The translations under genes and the position numbers were made by a program. From the NCBI GenBank assembly GCA_012862495.1, contig BLSG01000212.1:1-58101 (forward strand): DNA of 58,101 nt. Reading direction: 5' to 3'. The notes beneath the pieces were generated by a model that saw nothing but the letters and a program-made list of their open reading frames with translations, searched no databases and had not been told where the DNA came from. This DNA is from Thraustochytrium aureum (Eukaryota). Every line of letters begins with the position of its first letter. Position 1 is the first letter of the stretch. Below are positions 51,881 through 58,101 of this stretch, piece after piece.

Positions 51881-52108
51881 TGGTGAACTGCCGGGCTGCT
51901 GCTGCGCGGCCTGGAATACTAACAACGTGCGAGCCCTGCTTACCGCGTATGAAAGGAAGGAGCGCGTGACTCGCGTGCAAACGAGTTCGAGCAGATTCGG
52001 TGTTACGCATGCAACGACAGACTGAGCGAGTGACCCGGGTCGCTATTCGAAAGGTGGGCGAACCTTACGTTGGGTTGAGCGAGCGCCTCACCGCCACCCA
52101 AAACGGTC

Positions 52109-52346
52109 GGTTGTCCGCTGGACCGGCGGGTGGGCTGGCGCAACGCGTTTGTCCGGGCCACCCAGTCCGCCTCCGCGAACGAGCCGCACGCGCCGAACGC
52201 TCCACCCAGCCCACCCCGAATCTGCAGGTGGGAACGGCGCACCCAGCGCCAGCGAAACTGCAGGTTGTCCGCTGGACCGGCGGGCGGGCTGGCGCAACGC
52301 GTTTGTCCGGGCCACCCAGTCAGCCTCCGCAAACGAGTCGCGCGCG
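52109..52346. repeat. Direct repeat of ~84 bp, two copies 154 bp apart
   Basis: GGTTGTCCGCTGGACCGGCGGGYGGGCTGGCGCAACGCGTTTGTCCGGGCCACCCAGTC... starting at 52109 and 52263, with ~5 mismatches. Confidence 0.9.
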
Positions 52347-52845
52347 TCGCCCTGAATACGCAGTTGGGAACGGTGATCCCAGCTGCACCTTGATTGGTCG
52401 ACTATGCGGGCTCCTCAGCCTCACCCATAGTGACCGGTTGGTCGGTGGACCGGAGGCCATTCAAATGAAAGGCCCGGTTGAGCCACGGGTGTCCGGGACA
52501 CTCACGGCGGCTGGCCCGGCCGCCGCAAACGAGTCGCATCTGCCGCACCTTGAGAACGCGTCCGGGAACGACGCACTGCCTCCTATAGGTGCAAATCAAC
52601 GGTGCAAGATCCGCACCGAGCACCTGCGCCAGCATGCGCCAGCACGCGCGCGCCGAACTGGACTAGCTGCGTCGAACGAGCGCCGCGCGCGAGCGAGCGG
52701 GTGATTGGAACCCGATTTTTGCAAAAAAACCCGAAAACCCCCTATAAAATCCAGTTTTATTTGCAAAAATGAGAACCCCATCCTCTATACGGCCCGCAAA
52801 CTCGCCTGCCTACCCACTCGTTCACCTGCGAGCTAGCTCACTCAC

Positions 52846-52998
52846 TCGCCCGCAAGCTCGCCCGCAAGCTCGCCCGCAAGCTCGCTCAACCGTTCGCCCG
52901 CAAGCTCGCTCAACCGTTCGCCCGCAAGCTCGCCCACCCGCTCGCCCACCTGCCCACCAATCGCTCGCAAACTCGCCCACCTGCTCGTTCGCAAACTC
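52846..52998. repeat. Degenerate 12-bp array CTCGCCCGCAAG
   Basis: Several exact and degenerate units seen directly. Confidence 0.85.
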
Positions 52999-53196
52999 GC
53001 CAGAAAGCGCAGATCGCTCGCCACCTTGGAGCGGTTCCCACGGCGTCGCCGCCGCCCCTCTCGATGTGAGGGATGAAGAGACGCCCGATCTGAGCGCCGC
53101 GGCTCGCTTGTCCTCACATCACACGCGACCCGCAGAGGGGTCCTACTCACATAGCCCATCACCCGGGGATCGCGCGGCGGGCAGACCAGTCCATCG

Positions 53197-53211
53197 GCAG
53201 ACCCCAAACGC
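53197..53211 (+). promoter_or_regulatory. GCAGACCCCAAACGC element, copy 5
   Basis: Exact core ~105 bp upstream of ATG 53316, followed by an AAGCA-rich leader. Confidence 0.6.
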
Positions 53212-53315
53212 AAACAGCAAAGCAAAAGACAAGCAAAGCAAGAGCATCGCAAGAGCATCGCATTTTCCAAGCACGCAGAGTCCGCCAAGCAGCACCCGCC
53301 AAGTCCGCCGAAAAA

Positions 53316-55256
53316 ATGACTTCCAACGCCCCCGCCCTCACGGCCGCCGCCCGCATCAACGACGCTTTCAGCGTCACCACCACGGAGGCGAGCGATTTTG
53401 TCGCCAAAGTTCGCGTCATGACCGGTGGGAACCCCAAAATGGCCGAGGCCATGCTGGCCCAGTTCGACGGTGGGTACCTGATTTTCACCGAGAGGGTTCA
53501 AGAAACGATCGCGGACCTCACTGCGGGGAACGCCAACGTGGCGGCCTCCCTCACGGCGGTTTTCTGGCACCTTCTCAAGATGCGCGCCACCGTGGAGAAC
53601 GTGACCAGCGCGCCCAGCGCGCCCAGCGCGCCCAGCGCGCCCACCACCGCGGCGCCCGTGGTGTGCACCGACACCGACTACGTGACCCCGAAAAAGCCGG
53701 TGACGACGAAGGAGCCGGTGAAGCCGGTCAAGCCGGTCAAGACTGTGGAGTCTGTGAAGCCCGTGGAACCCGTGGAGCTCGTGGAGCAGGTGTGCGTGCG
53801 CGTCCCCGAGACGATTCCTGAGAGGAGCAGCACCGCCGGTGAGTTTGCGGCCCCCAAGGCCCCCTCTGCCGCAGCTTCCGAGGCTGCCCCGAAGAAGACG
53901 CCCGAGTACATCTTCTACAGCGACGACGACAGCGACGAAGATGAGGAGAGCGTGCAGGGTGTGTCCATCGTCCTCCCAGCCGGGGTCAAGCGCGAGCCGG
54001 TGCAACCCATCGTCAAGATCGAGCGCACGCGACAGGGCAAGGTGATCGTGGATCTTGACTGTGACGAGGAGTGCGAGACCTCCTCATGCGCCGAACAGAG
54101 CCAGTGCGCATCCTCACCCGCGCCCGGAAGCGTAGGCGAGGGTGACGCGTTCGAGGAGAACGAGAAGGAGGCCGCCATCGAGTACAACGACGAGTGCGAC
54201 GAGCTGACCCGCACCATGTACGACAAGTACGTGCACACGCTGGAGCCGCCCTCCGAGAGCGCCCACCTCCTCGCACCGGAACCGCTGCAGCGCCTATCCA
54301 GCGCGGAGTGGCTGCTCGCCACGGATTGCATTACCAGCCTGAAGAGCAGCGACGCGAACGGTGGCAGCAAGCGCGGCGACTCCTTCGACGCCTTTACGCC
54401 GGCCATCGCCGTGTCCAAGCTCGTCTTTCGCGTCATGAAAACCTGTCTCGGCGTGCCCAACATTCGGCTTCCCGGCGCCGCGCCTGTGCACTCGCACTGC
54501 AGCCAGAGCCGGTTTACCTGGGACGCACTGCAGAGCAAGGGCGGCCGCAAGGAGATCTCCGCGTCCCACCTGATCCAGTTCCTGCAGAGGCGCATCGTGT
54601 GGCATCTGCACAACCGCGTGCAGTTCATCGAGAACATCGAGTTCTATGCCATCATCCAGCGCTTCTTCAAGTGCACCAAGAACTCGCTCGTGCAGGAGAC
54701 GAACGAGGACGTCAAGCGGGTGCTGGAGAAGGCGCGCAAAGCGGTGCGCAAAGTGCGCGAAGAATTGAAGGCCGGGACCGTCTCCTACCTGCCGGGCATG
54801 CTCTCCCTCTTCAAGACAATGGTGGCGCTGGACCGCTCTCTGGACGGCAAGGTGGCGTTCGCTCCGCGCGTGTTCGGCAGACTGCTGGTGTGCACCGTGG
54901 AGACCCTCGGCGGCACGAGCAGCAAGAACGGCCACTACACCAGCAAGTGGAACGACGCCAAGCTCGAGTTCGGCTTTGGAGGGCTCCTGGAGCCCGTATC
55001 GCTCGAACTGCTCGCGGATAGCGGCGTCTCGGTGGATGTGATCTCCTACTTGCGCGCCGGCAAGTACAACGTCAGCATTGTCGACTGCCTCCTCGGGCTT
55101 TTGAAGCACGAGTCTGTGGTGAAGGCGATCAAGGCGGCGAAGCGCCCTCCTAGCGTCCATGGAAAGTCCGGCGGTGCATCCAAGCGGGCGCGCTCCGACA
55201 CTGAGAGCGTCTCCTCCAAGAAGCGCAAGGTCTCAGAGGCGTCGCGCAAGCCCTGA
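53316..55256 (+). CDS. Hypothetical 646-aa protein with (K/E)PV repeats, acidic linker and C-terminal NLS-like motif
   Basis: AAAAAATG start, strong GC3 bias, terminal SKKRKVS. Confidence 0.85.
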   Translation: MTSNAPALTAAARINDAFSVTTTEASDFVAKVRVMTGGNPKMAEAMLAQFDGGYLIFTERVQETIADLTAGNANVAASLTAVFWHLLKMRATVENVTSAPSAPSAPSAPTTAAPVVCTDTDYVTPKKPVTTKEPVKPVKPVKTVESVKPVEPVELVEQVCVRVPETIPERSSTAGEFAAPKAPSAAASEAAPKKTPEYIFYSDDDSDEDEESVQGVSIVLPAGVKREPVQPIVKIERTRQGKVIVDLDCDEECETSSCAEQSQCASSPAPGSVGEGDAFEENEKEAAIEYNDECDELTRTMYDKYVHTLEPPSESAHLLAPEPLQRLSSAEWLLATDCITSLKSSDANGGSKRGDSFDAFTPAIAVSKLVFRVMKTCLGVPNIRLPGAAPVHSHCSQSRFTWDALQSKGGRKEISASHLIQFLQRRIVWHLHNRVQFIENIEFYAIIQRFFKCTKNSLVQETNEDVKRVLEKARKAVRKVREELKAGTVSYLPGMLSLFKTMVALDRSLDGKVAFAPRVFGRLLVCTVETLGGTSSKNGHYTSKWNDAKLEFGFGGLLEPVSLELLADSGVSVDVISYLRAGKYNVSIVDCLLGLLKHESVVKAIKAAKRPPSVHGKSGGASKRARSDTESVSSKKRKVSEASRKP

Positions 55257-55939
55257 GTGCAAAAAGTACATGCACCAACCTAACCAATCAAAAAATTCCA
55301 CCTTCTAAATGCACAACCACCCATTAGCTCTAACTTTCGAAACGACAGAGTTGTTTTTCCTCGTAATACCCTCTTCGAACAACTTNNNNNNNNNNNNNNN
55401 NNNNNNNNNNNNNNNNNNNNNNNNNNNNNNNNNNNNNNNNNNNNNNNNNNNNNNNNNNNNNNNNNNNNNNNNNNNNNNNNNNNNNNNNNNNNNNNNNNNN
55501 NNNNNNNNNNNNNNNNNNNNNNNNNNNNNNNNNNNNNNNNNNNNNNNNNNNNNNNNNNNNNNNNNNNNNNNCCATCTGAATGTCAAGACTCAGATAACGA
55601 CAAGGTATGTAACGAAGGGGGTATTGTTCAGTCAATTTACGTGAAATTCAATAGAATGATACAAGTACATGTAAACGCAAAAAATTGATGTGAGGACGCA
55701 TCTGAAGAATTGCTTTCCGTTGTTTACGGAAAATGCCATTCAAGACCTGGTAAAAGTGATGTGAGGAGAAGCGCGACTTGTGAGGGACTTCGATGGGCTT
55801 GTGAGGGAGACTCTATTTCACAGAGGCCCCTGTTCCTCGAGAATTTTCCGCGGAACACGCACGTTTCCGCTATATTCAAAATAACCCGCAATTTCAACTT
55901 GTTCCAAAGAAGAAACACGAACAATACCGCATTCTTTTA

Positions 55940-56520
55940 AAGATAGGAACTCGTGCGCACTGAACAACGAGCCCTCGTGAATAAGAGAAGAACGTATGCG
56001 CATGGAATAAAGAACTTGATCTCTGACCTGTTTGGAATGGGTTCACTGAATAAAGAACATACTCGTGTGTTGTAAGGAACACGTGCACACTCAGTGAGGA
56101 AGGAACCAGGTGCACCGAACAGTGAACAAGTTTTCCATGCGCACCGAACGGAGAACACGTTCACTGTGTGCAAGGAACCCGTGCACACCGAACAACGGGG
56201 AACACCTTCTCTGTGTGCAAGGAACCCGTACGCACCGAACACCGATCCGTACCATGGTCAATCCCACCGTCGCTGCACCACACCGTCGCTGCACCACACC
56301 GTCGCTGCACCGCACCGTCGCAACACTGAGCGCTTCAACTTATCAACAAAACACGCAACTTATCATGCCCCAGCTTCAACTTATCAACAAAAACTTATCA
56401 TTGTCCCAGCTACTACTTATCACTTATCAACATCAAAGCGCGCAACCATCACCGATAGCGCGCAACCATCACCGTCTCTTTCAGTCACCATCACCGCAAC
56501 GTCATCACTTATCACTACTA
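55940..56520. repeat. Right arm of inverted repeat: GAAC-rich ~47-bp units, 16-bp CACCGTCGCTGCACCA array, CTTATCA cluster
   Basis: CTGTGTGCAAGGAACCCGT at 56164 and 56211; 16-mer x3 at ~56265-56320; ~7 CTTATCA copies at 56339-56514. Confidence 0.85.
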
Positions 56521-56547
56521 CCCTTCGCTCCACGGCAAGGAGCGCCT

Positions 56548-56715
56548 CACACCATCGCTTCACACCGTCGCTCCACACCGTCGCTTCACACCGTCGCTCC
56601 ACACCGTCGCTCCACACCGTCGCTCCACACCGTCGCTCCACACCGTCGCTCCACACCGTCGCTTCACACCGTCGATCCACACCGTCGATCCACACCGTCG
56701 CTCACCACCGTCGCT
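56548..56715 (-). repeat. Tandem repeat, 13-bp CACACCGTCGCTY, ~12-13 copies
   Basis: Exact 13-bp period from 56548 to 56703, abutting the stop codon at 56714. Confidence 0.95.
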
Positions 56716-58099
56716 ACGTTGCCCAGTTCCGAATCGCGGCAATTGCTGATGCCGCAGGCAGCACCATCGCTGCCTTACCAACCACTGCCATGGTGGCGGA
56801 AGGAGCCACTGTAGAAGACGGAGCGACCATAGCAACGGCCAGTGCCACGGCGACGAGCCCGGCCAGAATACCATCGGCATGCACTTCCGCTCGAGCACAA
56901 CCGTACTCGGCCAGATCCATACGGGCTGATTCGGCGTCACGGGCGCTAAGCAGCTCGCGTTGGCGCAGCACTGAACACACCGTCGCACCATGCGCAGATC
57001 GCCGCACCAGCGAATCCCACGCTTCGGGCGTTGCTGCGGACACTGCCATTACTGCCATGACAACAGCAGTGGCACCCAACACTGTTTTTAGCACCCAACC
57101 CGGTCTGCTCTGGGGCGGGTGCGGCTCGCGTCGCTGCACACGCAGCGAGCGAGATGGCAACGTTGCCGCAAGCAGCGCCCGAACTAACGTTCGAGCAACG
57201 AAAACTGCAAGTGATGCGATGATGGGCACCAACCAGGTCACTGCACGCTCAGACAACCCAACACGCAGCAGCGAACCATGCACTCCGTCGAGCCAGGCTC
57301 CAGGACCTCCACTGTCTCCACCACCTTGTGCACCAGCCGCAGCGAACGCAGCCGCCAATACCAGCGCAAGCAGAATGAGGTCCCCAGGCACGCCATCGCG
57401 CAGCGTGCTTGATGCCAAACGCGATGCTGCCGCGCCATGCGCCATCCATAGCCGCATCGCACACAGAGACACACCCACTGCAGCGGCAGCTACTGCCAAC
57501 GCTGCGAACCGGGCGACCACAAGCGCGCCCTCTGCAGCGATCGCATCGCCGCCATTGGATTCGGCGACGCTGGACTCGGCGCGAAAGGCGCTGAACAGTG
57601 ACACCGCGAGCAGCTGCACCGTTGACAGAATCGCCAGCGGTGCAGCGTCGCTGCGCGAAGCGGACCACGCGCAGATTGAGAGCAGTGTTGTTGCGGGTGC
57701 TACCACGTTCACGAGCGCAGACACTGCGGCCGACGCGGGCGCCCGGTCGAAGACCCATCCCAGCACACGCAGGGGGCCCGTGGCGCTCGCAGCAGCCTCC
57801 ACGTAGAGCGCAGCTAAGATAGCAGCCGCCACCACAGCGCTCCCCACAGCGGCAATTGCACCCGCTCTGCGCGAGTGCCACAGCGGATTCGCTTTACCTC
57901 CCCGCACGCTGGCGAACGCGCGGGCCTCGTTGGCAGCCGAAAGCAGTGCTACCGTTACCGCAGCAGCTGCCACCTCTCCCCGGTTCGATCTGGCGAAAGC
58001 GCGTACCGTCTCAACAGGCGCAGTCACGGCAGAGCGAACGCCTGTTGCAGCGACCCACGCAGGGCTGCTGCCGAATCGCGTACTCCCGGAACTGAGCTC
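56714..58099 (-). CDS. Ala/Val-rich multi-pass membrane protein, 5'-truncated by window edge
   Basis: Frame open from the window end to the stop at 56714; many hydrophobic segments. Confidence 0.65.
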   Translation of the reverse strand, partial: ELSSGSTRFGSSPAWVAATGVRSAVTAPVETVRAFARSNRGEVAAAAVTVALLSAANEARAFASVRGGKANPLWHSRRAGAIAAVGSAVVAAAILAALYVEAAASATGPLRVLGWVFDRAPASAAVSALVNVVAPATTLLSICAWSASRSDAAPLAILSTVQLLAVSLFSAFRAESSVAESNGGDAIAAEGALVVARFAALAVAAAAVGVSLCAMRLWMAHGAAASRLASSTLRDGVPGDLILLALVLAAAFAAAGAQGGGDSGGPGAWLDGVHGSLLRVGLSERAVTWLVPIIASLAVFVARTLVRALLAATLPSRSLRVQRREPHPPQSRPGWVLKTVLGATAVVMAVMAVSAATPEAWDSLVRRSAHGATVCSVLRQRELLSARDAESARMDLAEYGCARAEVHADGILAGLVAVALAVAMVAPSSTVAPSATMAVVGKAAMVLPAASAIAAIRNWAT

Positions 58100-58101
58100 G
58101 G

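Noticed and set aside
47067..56715. CRISPR array interpretation of the repeat arrays
   Set aside because: Repeats are head-to-tail or irregularly spaced, with no constant-length unique spacers and no cas-like gene in view.
56094..57806. 570-aa + strand ORF with repeated HRRSTPSLHTVA
   Set aside because: Translation of the 13-bp DNA array plus the antisense of the 56714 membrane gene; a 13-bp period is not codon-aligned.
1..58101. tRNA or rRNA genes
   Set aside because: No cloverleaf with T-loop/D-loop consensus or rRNA-like sequence recognised by eye; tRNAscan-SE would be needed to exclude them.

Overview
GC-rich, gene-dense, intron-poor segment of a giant DNA virus (Nucleocytoviricota), either a gapped viral scaffold or an endogenised copy. 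Markers: a double-jelly-roll major capsid protein gene (20156-21592), an L1/F9-type myristoylated Cys-rich membrane protein, a DUF5760-like protein, a YqaJ-like exonuclease C-terminus, a SLATT-type 2TM protein, a GT60 GlcNAc transferase, a PQ-loop/SemiSWEET transporter, a membrane thioredoxin-like protein, ankyrin proteins, an HNH-like protein and a membrane-anchored AAA+ ATPase. About a dozen genes carry single-base frameshifts, mostly in homopolymers and probably sequencing errors. The most unusual features are three. (1) A mirror-symmetric ~9.6-kb module (47067-56715) is bounded by inverted arrays of 13-mers and TGATAAG repeats, with divergent orphan genes around a repeat-rich centre. (2) A GCAGACCCCAAACG element lies upstream of five genes, including two paralogous antirepressor-like DNA-binding proteins. 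(3) Several membrane proteins switch from GC-rich to AT-rich DNA at a transmembrane helix. Family assignments come from motif recognition by eye, not from database searches.
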